NCBI GenBank assembly: GCA_963815095.1
Contig: CAWFFH010000006.1
Location: 32,001-96,000, forward strand
Length of the DNA stretch: 64,000 nt
Source of the DNA: Candidatus Bathyarchaeota archaeon
GTDB lineage: Archaea > Thermoproteota > Bathyarchaeia > Bathyarchaeales > Bathycorpusculaceae
Direction of reading: 5' to 3'
Shown here: positions 1-10,044 of the stretch, piece by piece
Numbering within the stretch: position 1 is the stretch's first letter
Layout of the letters: each line of letters opens with the position of its first letter
Program-made: the position numbers and the translations under genes
The notes under the pieces: model-generated
The model's database searches: none
Seen by the model: the letters and a program-made list of their open reading frames with translations, nothing else
What the model was told of the DNA's origin: nothing

Positions 1-2111
1 GGACGTTAGCTTCAGAATTTATCGCAAACGCAACCCAAACCGCATTTATGGGGTCTCCACTTTTCTCCATCAACAGCACTGCTCTGGCTAACTTTCTTTC
101 GAGCCTACCACAAAACGCATCATCAACAGAGATTGATGGAGCAATCTCAAACACAATCACAAACCAAAGCTACGCAAACTTCCCCTATCAACCAACCAGC
201 GCGATAACCAAAAACTTTGTTGGTTCCGACAACAAAACTGTACTCATCATTTTGGGCTTCTCCTCAGAACCCGACGCTAAATCAATTGCCCAAGTAAAGT
301 TAGCTATAGACAACTCAGCGCTCAAGAACCTCGGCACTGCTTACATAACTGGATCGCCCATTCTAGGGCGAGACATCGAAAACGCCTTCATACCCGCACT
401 TGAAGTTACTGTGGGACCAGCAATTGGGATTTCGTTGTTGATTGTTGGACTCTTGTTTTTAGCACCCTTAGCTGCACTCATCCCACTAGTGATAGGAGGT
501 TTTTCAACCGTTATTTCCCTCGCCTCTATCTATTTTGGAATAGTGATTGTGGGCAAAGGCAGCATAACCTTCCTAACTCCCACACTAACCATTTTGCTAT
601 TGCTAGGACTGGCAGTTGATTACGCGGTTTTGCAGCTAAGACGAACAAAAGAAGAAAGACAACAAGGAAAATCCATAGAAGAAAGTGTGGGACTCTCAGT
701 GCGGTGGGCTGGACAAGCGGTTCTGACAGCAGGAATCACCGTTATTGTAGCCTACATCGTGATGGCCGTAGTAAACGTACCTATCTTCAGCGACGTAGGA
801 ACAGCCATAGCCATAAGCGTCTCCATCCTGCTTGCCGCCTCACTAACACTCCTGCCTGCCCTTGAAATTTCGTTGAAAGACAAAATCTTCTGGCCAGGAC
901 TAAACAAAAACAAAAATAACACATCCAAAACCCCGCGCTTAAGAACCCTCGCAAAAAACATCTTAAAACGGAAAAAGGTAATAGTCATCTTAATCAGTGC
1001 ACTTGCTTTAGGAGCCTTCTACGTTGAATACACAACACCAACTGGCTCAGATTTCCTCAAACTTATCCCCAACTTCCAAAGCAACCAAGGCTTAACCGTC
1101 ATCTCTAACAGTTTTGGCAGCGCCTTCACAAGCCCAACTACAATAGTTATAACGACTCCCACTCAGATCGTTTACGCCGACAACCAATTTAACCAAACCC
1201 TAATGGATCAACTTGAATTAATCACTAACACAGTCGCTAATTCACCGGGTGTTGTTAGTGTGGCCAGTCCAACAAGACCATACGGGTCCACGTTCAACTA
1301 CGCCGAACTATCTATCATGTCAGATATTCTTCAACCACAATATGAGAGCCAAATTCTCTCCATGATAGGTAAAGATAACAAAACGGCTCAGGTCACAATA
1401 GGTCTTTCAAAGGAATCACAAAGCCAAGCAGCAATGACAACATTGAAGCAAATAGAGAAAAACGTTAACGCACTCCCACTCATTAATGACGTCGATGTTA
1501 CTTTCGGTGGAGAAACACAATCCTCAATCGATAGCCAAGCCTTTATGGCTAATCTGCTTCCCGAAGTCGTTATAATCCTCGCCATCGCAGTATACATAAT
1601 TCTTTTCATCCAACTCCGTTCAGCCTTCACACCTCTACGACTCATTTTCACAATACTATGCAGCGTCGCCTTTGCTTTAGCTATACTTGCCGCTATTTTC
1701 TATTACGGCAGCAACCTGCCAATCCTCGACTTCGCACCCCTCTTCGTAGTAGTAACTATGCTTGGCGTAGGAATAGACTATGACATATTTTTTGTCACCC
1801 GAATACGTGAAGAAGCCCTCAAAGGCAACAGTGACGACGAAGCCATAAAAACAGCCATAGAAAAAGTGTGGGTAACTATACTTGGGCTTGGGCTGGTTCT
1901 CTCAACAGTATTTGCATCCTTGATAATAACTGGAATAGCCATTCTGCAGGAAATCGCTTTAGCTGTATCAGCCGCCATCATTATCGATGTTCTTGTGGTT
2001 ATCCTCTTTTTTGTGCCGTCCTTGATGGGACTTGCGCAGAAACTAAACTGGTGGCCACATAAATCCTCAAAAATTCCTCAAACCCCAAAAGACAAAAACG
2101 AAAACAAATAG
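1..2111 (+). CDS. MMPL/RND family membrane transporter (5' truncated by window)
   Basis: Frame is open from the window edge. Two TM bundles with GLAVDYA and GVGIDYDIFFVTRIREE motifs. Confidence 0.9.
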   Translation, partial: TLASEFIANATQTAFMGSPLFSINSTALANFLSSLPQNASSTEIDGAISNTITNQSYANFPYQPTSAITKNFVGSDNKTVLIILGFSSEPDAKSIAQVKLAIDNSALKNLGTAYITGSPILGRDIENAFIPALEVTVGPAIGISLLIVGLLFLAPLAALIPLVIGGFSTVISLASIYFGIVIVGKGSITFLTPTLTILLLLGLAVDYAVLQLRRTKEERQQGKSIEESVGLSVRWAGQAVLTAGITVIVAYIVMAVVNVPIFSDVGTAIAISVSILLAASLTLLPALEISLKDKIFWPGLNKNKNNTSKTPRLRTLAKNILKRKKVIVILISALALGAFYVEYTTPTGSDFLKLIPNFQSNQGLTVISNSFGSAFTSPTTIVITTPTQIVYADNQFNQTLMDQLELITNTVANSPGVVSVASPTRPYGSTFNYAELSIMSDILQPQYESQILSMIGKDNKTAQVTIGLSKESQSQAAMTTLKQIEKNVNALPLINDVDVTFGGETQSSIDSQAFMANLLPEVVIILAIAVYIILFIQLRSAFTPLRLIFTILCSVAFALAILAAIFYYGSNLPILDFAPLFVVVTMLGVGIDYDIFFVTRIREEALKGNSDDEAIKTAIEKVWVTILGLGLVLSTVFASLIITGIAILQEIALAVSAAIIIDVLVVILFFVPSLMGLAQKLNWWPHKSSKIPQTPKDKNENK

Positions 2112-2450
2112 CAAACTAAAAGAAAAAGAAAAACTCTGCACCACTACTTCTTCTTCTTCTATCCAACACAAAGAAATTTTTGGCCCCCGGTTAACTCACA
2201 TAAGGAAAGAAGCAAACTTTTACTTCGTAGTCCATTCTTTTTTTTCAGAAGTACGTTGCTGTAAGTTGGTTCCGACCAAAACCGAATTTAAAGAAGAAAA
2301 AAAATTTTCTTCTTCTCATCGGTCGCGGAAATTTAGCGGGCAGAACAACATCGGAAGAGTTCAGTGTTGTTCTACTGACTCAAATAAACTTAATAGTTGA
2401 ACGAAAGAAAATAAAAACAAAAAATGAGCTTGGAGAATTCCTTTTATTAG

Positions 2451-2627
2451 TTAAGGAACAACTTCTGCGTCTGCACAGCCGCTAATCAGGTTTGTTATTT
2501 TTATTTTTACGTGTTCATTGGCTTTTGCGTTTTTGATAAACACTGGAAAACCTTTGATTTTAGCGACGCCTTCACCGTTGGGACTCATATCTATAACGTC
2601 CACTTCAAATTCTTCTCCAATTTCCAT
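2451..2627 (-). CDS. Stand-alone TRAM domain protein (putative RNA chaperone), 58 aa, absent from ORF track
   Basis: Manual translation MEIGEEFEVDVIDMSPNGEGVAKIKGFPVFIKNAKANEHVKIKI... matches the TRAM pattern. A basic N-terminal extension lies upstream in frame but has no in-frame start. Confidence 0.85.
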   Translation of the reverse strand: MEIGEEFEVDVIDMSPNGEGVAKIKGFPVFIKNAKANEHVKIKITNLISGCADAEVVP

Positions 2628-2757
2628 GGGGTACTCAATACCTCTTCCGCGGTTTTTGGCGTTTCTTGGGGCTCTTTTTTTAGGGCTAAAAGCGCATCAT
2701 CCTCTTTTCAGATTAATAATGTGTTCCTAAGCATAAGGGTTTTGTTACCCATTTAAT

Positions 2758-3753
2758 TTATTGACGGTTTTTGCTAGTTTTTAGCGTTTCTATAGCATTC
2801 TCTGCCCATTGATGGTCTGTCCAAAATGCTCTGCCCACCGCAACCAAATCCACCTTGTCCTCTCGAACTAGCTTATCCGCAAATTCTGCCTCTCTGATTC
2901 CACCTACTCCGATAACTGGAACGTTGACTGCTTTCTTGATCACTTGTGCCTGAGGAACAAAGTAGCCTTTAACTTGCCTTAACTGCCTTGGTTCACTCCC
3001 ACACATACCACCAGAAACGTCTATTATATCAACTCCCAAAGCCTCAAGTCTTTTAGCAAAAATAACTGAATCTTCAATGTGGGTTCCATACGGAGCTAAA
3101 TCATCCGAGCCTAACCTGTAGAGCAAAAGTCTACGGCCAAGGTGCTCACGCACCTTTTCGGCGACCAATAAAGGAAAACGCATCCGTTTCTCTAATGAAC
3201 CTCCAAACTCATCTTCACGTCTATTAAAAAGTGGCGAATAGAACTGGTTTAACAGGTAACCGTGGGCTCCATGCAATTCAACACCGTCAAACCCAGCCTT
3301 AACCGCACGTTCAGCCGCCAAAGCAAACTCTTCAACTATTACGTAAATTTCACTCGAATCTAAAACGCGGCTTTTTTCCCTCGGCGAAGGGCCAACAGGT
3401 ATGGCACCGATGACTCTTTTATTCGTAACCGCGCCAGCGTGGGAAATCTGTACAACCGCAGGAGCACCAACCTCATGAATGGCATTGGCGAGCTTCTCAA
3501 AACCACCAATTAAAGAGTCATCGTGGATTGCAAGTTGTTTGGGTCCAATCTTACCCATTGGAGAAACGTAGGAGTGCTCAACAATCGGTAAGCCTGAATG
3601 GGCTGAGCGTCGAACATAAAAATTGATTAACCTTTTTGTTACCTCGCCTTCAAAACTTGCCCGTCCCGTTTGCATAGGCGGCAACACAATTCGGTTTCTA
3701 AGAGTGTAAGTCTTCACTTTCAAAGGCGAAATTAATTCCGGCAAACCCAACAC
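2758..3753 (-). CDS. NADH:flavin oxidoreductase (Old Yellow Enzyme family)
   Basis: LRNRIVLPPM, QISHAG, AGFDGVELHGAHGYLLNQF and DLVAVGR motifs. Confidence 0.92.
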   Translation of the reverse strand: MLGLPELISPLKVKTYTLRNRIVLPPMQTGRASFEGEVTKRLINFYVRRSAHSGLPIVEHSYVSPMGKIGPKQLAIHDDSLIGGFEKLANAIHEVGAPAVVQISHAGAVTNKRVIGAIPVGPSPREKSRVLDSSEIYVIVEEFALAAERAVKAGFDGVELHGAHGYLLNQFYSPLFNRREDEFGGSLEKRMRFPLLVAEKVREHLGRRLLLYRLGSDDLAPYGTHIEDSVIFAKRLEALGVDIIDVSGGMCGSEPRQLRQVKGYFVPQAQVIKKAVNVPVIGVGGIREAEFADKLVREDKVDLVAVGRAFWTDHQWAENAIETLKTSKNRQ

Positions 3754-3927
3754 CGATGCGATAAATGGGTAAAGTGGAATTATAAGAACATACCATTATA
3801 AAATTACCAAAAATACCGTTTGGGTAATGGTCTGAGAAGAAATTTTTTATACTTCATAAAGTTCTCTGTCTAGTGGAAACGTATAGTTTCTGGTTTCTGG
3901 AACTCAAAGTAAATTGAAGGATTCTTT

Positions 3928-4677
3928 ATGGATATAAAAGATAAATTTGCAATTGTTACTGGAGCATCTTCGGGGATAGGGCTATCGACTGCCCAATTGC
4001 TCTCTAAAATGGGCGCTAAAGTAGCGCTTGTTTCACGTTCAAAAGAAAAATTAGAAAAACTCTCAAACGAAATTCCCAACTCCATCGCGGTTCAAGCTGA
4101 CATGTCAAAGATTTTTGAAGTTAAACTCATGGTTAAGGAAGTTATGGACCGATTTGGCAACATCGACATTCTTGTTAATAATGCAGGTGTTGGATACGAC
4201 GCTTTTGCGGAGAAAATTGATGTTGACACGTACCACTATATTTTCGATCTCGACTTAGTTGGACCGCTCGAAGCCATGCAACAAGTCATCCCGATCATGC
4301 GTAAACATGGAGGAGGCACAATCATCAACATAAGCTCAGCAGTGGCCCTTATGACTCTACCCAACAATGCACCGTATGCTTCGATAAAACGCGCTTTAGC
4401 AGTTCTAAGTTTAACCGCCAGAGAGGAACTAAAAAATGACAAAATAACTGTCAGCGTAGTCTACCCCTACATAACACTAACTAATTTTGAGCGAAATACC
4501 ATCCGAGACGTCCCAGTTCCCGAAGCTGAGTTAGAACCTCATGGACCTTTTCCACCAGACTCCGCGGATTATGCAGCACAGAAGATTATTGATGGCATAG
4601 AAAGTGGGGAAGCGGAAATTTTTGCTCATGATTGGCTAAAAAATAGGGTTGGGGAAATCCACAGTAGAAAACATTAA
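3928..4677 (+). CDS. Short-chain dehydrogenase/reductase (SDR)
   Basis: TGASSGIG, NNAG and YASIK catalytic motif. Confidence 0.92.
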   Translation: MDIKDKFAIVTGASSGIGLSTAQLLSKMGAKVALVSRSKEKLEKLSNEIPNSIAVQADMSKIFEVKLMVKEVMDRFGNIDILVNNAGVGYDAFAEKIDVDTYHYIFDLDLVGPLEAMQQVIPIMRKHGGGTIINISSAVALMTLPNNAPYASIKRALAVLSLTAREELKNDKITVSVVYPYITLTNFERNTIRDVPVPEAELEPHGPFPPDSADYAAQKIIDGIESGEAEIFAHDWLKNRVGEIHSRKH

Positions 4678-5222
4678 GCATATTTTCCAACGATTTCCCT
4701 GATTATATTCATATTTCGCGTTGATGCTTTCACCTTTAGTTTTGCTTCCAAAAAAGAATTTGGCAATGCGCCTTCTCCGCCGCCATGGGTTACGCTAAAA
4801 ACTTCGGTGTCCTTGGCCGAAAGTATTTGTGCGGTGGATTTGGGGATCGTGAGTGGAATTGTCAAAGGAAATAGTGAAAATTGTGCTGGCAGAAATTTTA
4901 CAAGGCAGCTTGTGCCTTCTGCAGTTTGTCCCTTGAATGGATCTATATCGAGAATGCGTTTGAGTTGAGGAATTGTGCGCACAAAAACAGCAACATCATA
5001 CCCCAGGGCGTCACGGAGTTTTTCTTCGATTTTACTCTTAATTTCTTGAGGATTCGCTATATCAGTTTCGAAAATTACGTTGCCGCTCTGCTTGTAGGTA
5101 GAAACGTTTTGGAATCCAATCGAAGAAAAAGCTTCCTTGAGTTTCTCTTTGCTAACGATGTGTCCGCCAACGTTGATTCCCCTCAGTAAAGCTACAAACC
5201 TCAACATAAGAAGCTGTGACAC
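4674..5222 (-). CDS. DUF1697 family protein (start may be ATG 5207)
   Basis: ALLRGINVGG, YKQSGNVIF and STRNMN motifs. Confidence 0.85.
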   Translation of the reverse strand: MSQLLMLRFVALLRGINVGGHIVSKEKLKEAFSSIGFQNVSTYKQSGNVIFETDIANPQEIKSKIEEKLRDALGYDVAVFVRTIPQLKRILDIDPFKGQTAEGTSCLVKFLPAQFSLFPLTIPLTIPKSTAQILSAKDTEVFSVTHGGGEGALPNSFLEAKLKVKASTRNMNIIREIVGKYA

Positions 5223-5442
5223 AGGGCATTCTAATAAAATTTTGTTTGCTGTAAACTTGCAGCCAATTTGGATTCTAATAATATATTATTGCGGAAACCT
5301 ATTGGGAAGGAATGCAGGTATTGGCAGGTTCTTTGACAATCAACTATTAAAGTAGAAGAACCAGATGCCTGCTTTTGTTTGTTGTTGCCTCAGTACAGTC
5401 ACGTATGTTAATACAGCAATTACTGATGTTCTTTTAGGTGAG

Positions 5443-5616
5443 GTGAATATTTTTCCAGAAAAAAGCAAGAAAGGCGAATTTGTTATAGACCAGAGGAAAA
5501 AGAAACGAGAAATCATCCAGGAAGGCAAAAACCAGGTGGATATTCCACAAGAAGTTGGAGATGAAGAAAAGAAGGCTTTAGAGCAAACAGGAGACGATGC
5601 AACTTCAGGATGGTAA
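5443..5616 (+). CDS. Small hydrophilic protein ending ...DDATSGW (start GTG 5443 or ATT 5449)
   Basis: GGTGAGGTGA RBS at 5437-5446, charged composition and a downstream T-run. Confidence 0.5.
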   Translation: MNIFPEKSKKGEFVIDQRKKKREIIQEGKNQVDIPQEVGDEEKKALEQTGDDATSGW

Positions 5617-5770
5617 ATAATTCGTTTCAACACGACTCTTTTTTTTCTTTTAACACTATTCGAGCTAATAGCTTCTGTTTCGTTTAAAATAACGCCAATT
5701 TAGCTACTTTTATTTCAAAAACGTAAATCTTTTATTGCCATCGACTCCATTAAATCAATGAGGTAATTGC

Positions 5771-6028
5771 TTGGAAGAAGCCATAATTGAAATTGGGGAA
5801 GTAACTCATCTTTTCCCGAAAATTAATGTTGCAATAATAAGATTAACATTGCCTCTATACGTCAGAGATCGCATCCTCATTAAAGGGCCCTTAACAGATT
5901 TTGAACAAACTGTCCAGTCAATGCAAATTGACCGCAAAGATATCCAAAGGGCAGAAGGCGGACAAAACATAGGATTAAAATTGGAGCAATTAGCAAGAGA
6001 AAAAGACGTCGTATACAAGAAACTCTAA
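5771..6028 (+). CDS. Small beta-barrel protein (translation factor domain II-like / U32 peptidase C-terminal-like)
   Basis: IGEVTHLFPKINVAI...TDFEQTVQSMQID...GLK pattern and GAGGT RBS. Confidence 0.75.
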   Translation: MEEAIIEIGEVTHLFPKINVAIIRLTLPLYVRDRILIKGPLTDFEQTVQSMQIDRKDIQRAEGGQNIGLKLEQLAREKDVVYKKL

Positions 6029-6187
6029 GTAAAATTCGAAAACGCGATCGGTAATTTACTTAATTCCACATTATTTTATTCTAGCAATCTATTATTGCAA
6101 TTAGCTAAGAAAAACAGATCGCTTTTTCCGCATCAATTTGGACAAGACTTATAGGTTTGCTGTGCTAAGATTGGTTGGTTTTCAGAA

Positions 6188-6274
6188 ATGTACATATACG
6201 AAATTTTTAGAGAAGAAGACGAAGAAGAAGATTGCGAAGACTGCGATTGCGAAGACTGCGAGGATGAAGAGTAA
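6188..6274 (+). CDS. 28-aa acidic Cys-rich peptide MYIYEIFREEDEEEDCEDCDCEDCEDEE, absent from ORF track
   Basis: ATG start, TATA-like CTTATAG about 35 nt upstream, T-run at about 6290 and a 15-bp tandem repeat at 6230-6259. Confidence 0.55.
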   Translation: MYIYEIFREEDEEEDCEDCDCEDCEDEE

Positions 6275-6512
6275 ACTTCTCCCAACATCTTTTTTTTCCA
6301 ATATTGTTTTGTTTAACTTGGTAAATATAGGCTATTAATTGAACAATAAAAGAAAGTAAAATTTGTCTTTATGCAGTAGTTAACAAACTAGGTTGTTTTT
6401 TTATTGCTCTCATAGCAAAAACAAAATATATTCTGATTGTTGGTACCAATTTGTAACCACAATTCTTTATGTATTTTGTGAAGCTAATGTTTTGTAAGAT
6501 TGGTTATTCTGA

Positions 6513-6749
6513 ATGGATTTAGATGAAGCAATAGAATTTCTTAAGAAATTTCCCTTCTGTCACCCCAAAGTATTCAAAGGTTTTGTTGAATGGGGTATTT
6601 GTGATACTGACACAGACGGTTACGTAGTTTTAACGGATGCATTTTTGGCTAATGAACCATATTCCAACCAACTGCACGATTACGTTAAAAGTCATAATTT
6701 GAGAATAAATAACCAGAATGATTGTTTGATGATTCATTCGCGCTTCTAA
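6513..6749 (+). CDS. Hypothetical protein
   Basis: ATG-started 78-aa ORF with globular composition and an upstream TTTATGT TATA-like element. Confidence 0.6.
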   Translation: MDLDEAIEFLKKFPFCHPKVFKGFVEWGICDTDTDGYVVLTDAFLANEPYSNQLHDYVKSHNLRINNQNDCLMIHSRF

Positions 6750-6862
6750 GGTCTTGGGCTATAAAAAACCACTGTCGCAAGTTAGATTTGAGTATCATTC
6801 TGAAATTGAGGGGAATAAATTGTTTAGGAAAAGAAATCGATATAATGGATAATTTCCAAAAG

Positions 6863-7993
6863 CTAAGGTATAATTTCGCAGCCGTTGTACTTGAGGTAAT
6901 CGAAATCTTCAAGCCTAATTTTTTGGTTTTCTATTAGTTGCTGGATTCTTGGAACCTCACTTTTCACAGACTCGACTAGTTGCTCAACGGTGTAGCAAAC
7001 CTTGCTGTATGCTTCATCCGTCCATCTTTTTGTTATGTTTGTGTATAAGCATCTGCCGCCACAAATGTTGAGGATAGTGCATTGGCTACAGGGTTTTTCG
7101 TTAACAAACAGCTTCTTTAACTTAAGTGGATCAGAATCTTTAATGTGCCCCAAATAGTATTTTTTCATGCCCCACATCGTTGGACAAGGCATAATATAAC
7201 CATCCGTTTGGATGGCGTAATTTATCCAGCCACCTCCACAACGCATGAGACAGTTCTTCTCTTCATGCAAAAGCGACCCTGCAATACCCAGTAACGGATA
7301 AAGCTTCAGCGCCACGCCCTTTTCCTGCATTTGATCCACCCAGAACCGCGCGAGTTCTCGAACGCCTGGGATATAGTTAGTTTTTGTCCATTCTTCAAAG
7401 TTCCGTCTTTGATAATCGTTTCCCCAAAAACCGGCGTTAAGCTGCCAATGTATTGACGAAAACGAAAATTCTTCGTTATCCAGTAGCCATCGGACTTGTT
7501 TGTTGATGTCGGTTTGCTCCATTATTGTCATGCGAGCGATTAATTCGCCTGCGAAACCGTTTTTCTTTATTAGTTTTAGGTTATCGATGACTTTGCGGAA
7601 AGTGCCCACTCCACGGTAATAGTCTGTTAAGGCTTCTTCTCCATCTATGGAAACGAGGATTGTGTGGAAGCGATTAACGTACTTGGGCTCCAACTTGTCA
7701 AGAAGCAAGCCGTTGGTTTGAATCATAAAATGTTTTGGTTCAACTTTATCCATGATTTGCCGGAGTTTATCTATGCCCAGTAAGGGTTCGCCGCCGTAGA
7801 AAGTTAAAACGCATTCGGGGTCTTTACTGCAAAATTCTTTGAGTAATTCCAAATCATAGTTTAGTTTTCGAGGTAAATCGTAATCTACTTCGATGTCGTC
7901 GCCGAATTCTTCGTCGAAATCGTCTAGGCTCTCGCCAAAGCAGTATTTGCATTGCAGGTTACAATCACTTGTGAGTAGGACATGAAAGAACAT
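6863..7993 (-). CDS. Radical SAM/SPASM domain protein (resembles archaeal AF0577/TIGR04084-type)
   Basis: CNLQCKYC motif, FYGGEPLL and C-terminal SPASM cysteines (CGGG, MPCP, CSQC...CGGRC). Confidence 0.88.
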   Translation of the reverse strand: MFFHVLLTSDCNLQCKYCFGESLDDFDEEFGDDIEVDYDLPRKLNYDLELLKEFCSKDPECVLTFYGGEPLLGIDKLRQIMDKVEPKHFMIQTNGLLLDKLEPKYVNRFHTILVSIDGEEALTDYYRGVGTFRKVIDNLKLIKKNGFAGELIARMTIMEQTDINKQVRWLLDNEEFSFSSIHWQLNAGFWGNDYQRRNFEEWTKTNYIPGVRELARFWVDQMQEKGVALKLYPLLGIAGSLLHEEKNCLMRCGGGWINYAIQTDGYIMPCPTMWGMKKYYLGHIKDSDPLKLKKLFVNEKPCSQCTILNICGGRCLYTNITKRWTDEAYSKVCYTVEQLVESVKSEVPRIQQLIENQKIRLEDFDYLKYNGCEIIP

Positions 7994-8185
7994 GGTTAAT
8001 AGTGGATAAGTCGGGTTTAATAGGATTTTTCCTCTACCATAAGGCTCCTCATATCAAAAACTTTCAAAATGCACTTGGTCAGAAGTGTAAATTTAAGAAG
8101 TTTATGCTTCGATATATTCTTTTTTTCAGAATTTTGTTTATAAGAGTAATCATAAATCACTTTTTAACAAATACATCTTAATTAT

Positions 8186-8413
8186 TTGGTGCGGGCTTTG
8201 GTAGGTCTTTCTAAAAATCAAAAACGACTTGTGGAAATGCTAAAGATAAAGCCTGACATGACAACCAAGGAACTTGCCGAAATGATTTTTGGGAAAATTA
8301 TAGATTACAAATCAAAAGAATACGCTTCTGTCTATCGAAGCTTAATTTCCTTGGAAAAACAGGGTTGCATTAAAAGAGTACAGGTTCAACTTCGCTGGCA
8401 AACGACTAACTAA
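8186..8413 (+). CDS. Small winged-helix DNA-binding protein
   Basis: LSKNQKRLVEMLK...MTTKELAEMI...SVYRSLISLEKQGCIKR wHTH pattern. Confidence 0.75.
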   Translation: MVRALVGLSKNQKRLVEMLKIKPDMTTKELAEMIFGKIIDYKSKEYASVYRSLISLEKQGCIKRVQVQLRWQTTN

Positions 8414-8492
8414 AAAGGTATTTGCACTGTAAATTGCAGTTAGACACCGTTAATACACTGAAGAAAATATTTAGCTAAAGAATGAGTGTTGC

Positions 8493-9848
8493 TTAATAGT
8501 ATTTTTCAGCGAGTTTTCTTGCTTCAACTTCTTCAGGAGTTTCTTCCGCTTCATTTTCTTCTTGATCTTTTTCTTCCTTTTCGTGCTGGTCTGTTTCCTT
8601 TTCTTTTTGAACTTTCTTAAGCGCCTTGTTTACATAATTAAAAAGGTCTCTACTCTTCATTAATTTATCCGAAAGAGATTCGGGAGCATAAAGCAAAGGT
8701 ATAGTAGCTATAAACAGCAAGAAGCTTGCTAAGGAAAAAGCGGATCCAACCGGTTGGTCAGGTGGAGTAAGAAATTGAGCCATCACTTGAACAAATCCTG
8801 ATAGTAAAAATGGTAATCCTCCTAAGAAATAGTACTTCTCACGGTTGCTTGTTTCTGAAAGATCACCCCAGACAACAAAAACAAAATTAACATACAGGAA
8901 ACCCCAAGCAAGTCCATCGAAAACTGTAAAAAGAATTATGGCAACCAGACCTGTTGGAATTAAGCTTAGAAAGGCATAACCTATTCCTAACAGAACAAAT
9001 CCCACGATTCCAGTAACTTTTCTTCCTTTCAAATCACAAAGAAAACCTGCCGCGAGTGCTGTTAAGCTCGTTATTACAAGCGTTGCCAACTCATAATTTG
9101 AATAATAATTATTTGAATCAATACCGTCCATGTATCCTTTAACTAAGGGAGTTAACATAAAATTAACAAGTGTGAACATGAACCAAGGTAAGAAGTAAAG
9201 AATAAAAGTTCTGTCTCTCAAAATTTTTAATAGAGTTAATTTTCGTTCTTTGTCATTATTCTTTATTTCAATGAGAAAGAATATTCCTAATAAACCCATA
9301 ATTCGCCATATTGAAAAGATTAAAAATTTGTAATCTATAGTTGATTCACCTAAAATAAAAATAATTATCGCTGTCATTATTTGAATTATGAAGAACAAAG
9401 CTGCTCCAATTCTACCTAATTGTTCATTTTTGGTTTGGTTTGCGAACATTGAAAGGCATGTTGGAATTCCTAAACCGACCGATCCACCTAGTATAAACGA
9501 AATTACTCCCAAAATAACCCAATTTGTCTGAGGCACTAAGAAGAAATAGGTTAATAGTGACGACAAGACTCCCCAAAGTATCCATAACTTTAGAAATGAT
9601 TTCTCTTTCAGTTTTTGGGCTAAAAGAGTAGCTCCAATTAATGCAGAGAACAATAATGCCGCGAAATATGGAATAGAAACCACATAAAAAGTGTTGGCAC
9701 CACTAAATTGGATGTTATTTGGCAAATCCAATATTGTAACCATGGTTAATAAGAACCACGATATACTGTTTGCAACCACGAATAGCGGCAGTAAGGTCTT
9801 TAGTTTTGCTCCGAGCATCTTGTTTCTGAATATACTGCTTGTCACCAA
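8493..9848 (-). CDS. MFS-type membrane protein with charged C-terminal tail
   Basis: About 12 TM segments, motif-A-like AGFLCDLKGRK and a terminal PES motif. Confidence 0.8.
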   Translation of the reverse strand: MVTSSIFRNKMLGAKLKTLLPLFVVANSISWFLLTMVTILDLPNNIQFSGANTFYVVSIPYFAALLFSALIGATLLAQKLKEKSFLKLWILWGVLSSLLTYFFLVPQTNWVILGVISFILGGSVGLGIPTCLSMFANQTKNEQLGRIGAALFFIIQIMTAIIIFILGESTIDYKFLIFSIWRIMGLLGIFFLIEIKNNDKERKLTLLKILRDRTFILYFLPWFMFTLVNFMLTPLVKGYMDGIDSNNYYSNYELATLVITSLTALAAGFLCDLKGRKVTGIVGFVLLGIGYAFLSLIPTGLVAIILFTVFDGLAWGFLYVNFVFVVWGDLSETSNREKYYFLGGLPFLLSGFVQVMAQFLTPPDQPVGSAFSLASFLLFIATIPLLYAPESLSDKLMKSRDLFNYVNKALKKVQKEKETDQHEKEEKDQEENEAEETPEEVEARKLAEKYY

Positions 9849-9983
9849 TATATACTAACTTTATGAATTTACGATGCATTTTTTTGATTCATATTGGCTA
9901 ATTTTTTGTTTGTATTGTGTATAACTGTTTAACACAAAGCTTAAATTGAGTTGTTCTACACATATACAATTAAGGTGAGGAGA

Positions 9984-10037
9984 ATGAAGAAGGCAACGAA
10001 AAAAGAAATGAGGAAACCAGTAGTATTCGCTTGGTAA
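9984..10037 (+). CDS. 17-aa peptide MKKATKKEMRKPVVFAW (candidate prenylated peptide precursor), absent from ORF track
   Basis: AGGTGAGG RBS at 9973-9980 and TATA-like CTTAAAT at about 9940. Its stop is 7 nt from the convergent stop of the prenyltransferase gene. Confidence 0.7.
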   Translation: MKKATKKEMRKPVVFAW

Positions 10038-10044
10038 ATTATCC

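Noticed and set aside
2140-2400. Possible C/D-box sRNA (CGATGA...CTGA on minus strand) or 14-aa ORF MDYEVKVCFFPYVS
   Set aside because: The C box is imperfect, there are no clear C'/D' boxes and no RBS. Not distinguishable from chance.
6138-6338. Track ORF with KKKIAKTAIAKTAR basic repeat
   Set aside because: Alternative frame of the acidic Cys peptide at 6188-6274, which has the ATG start and better promoter spacing.
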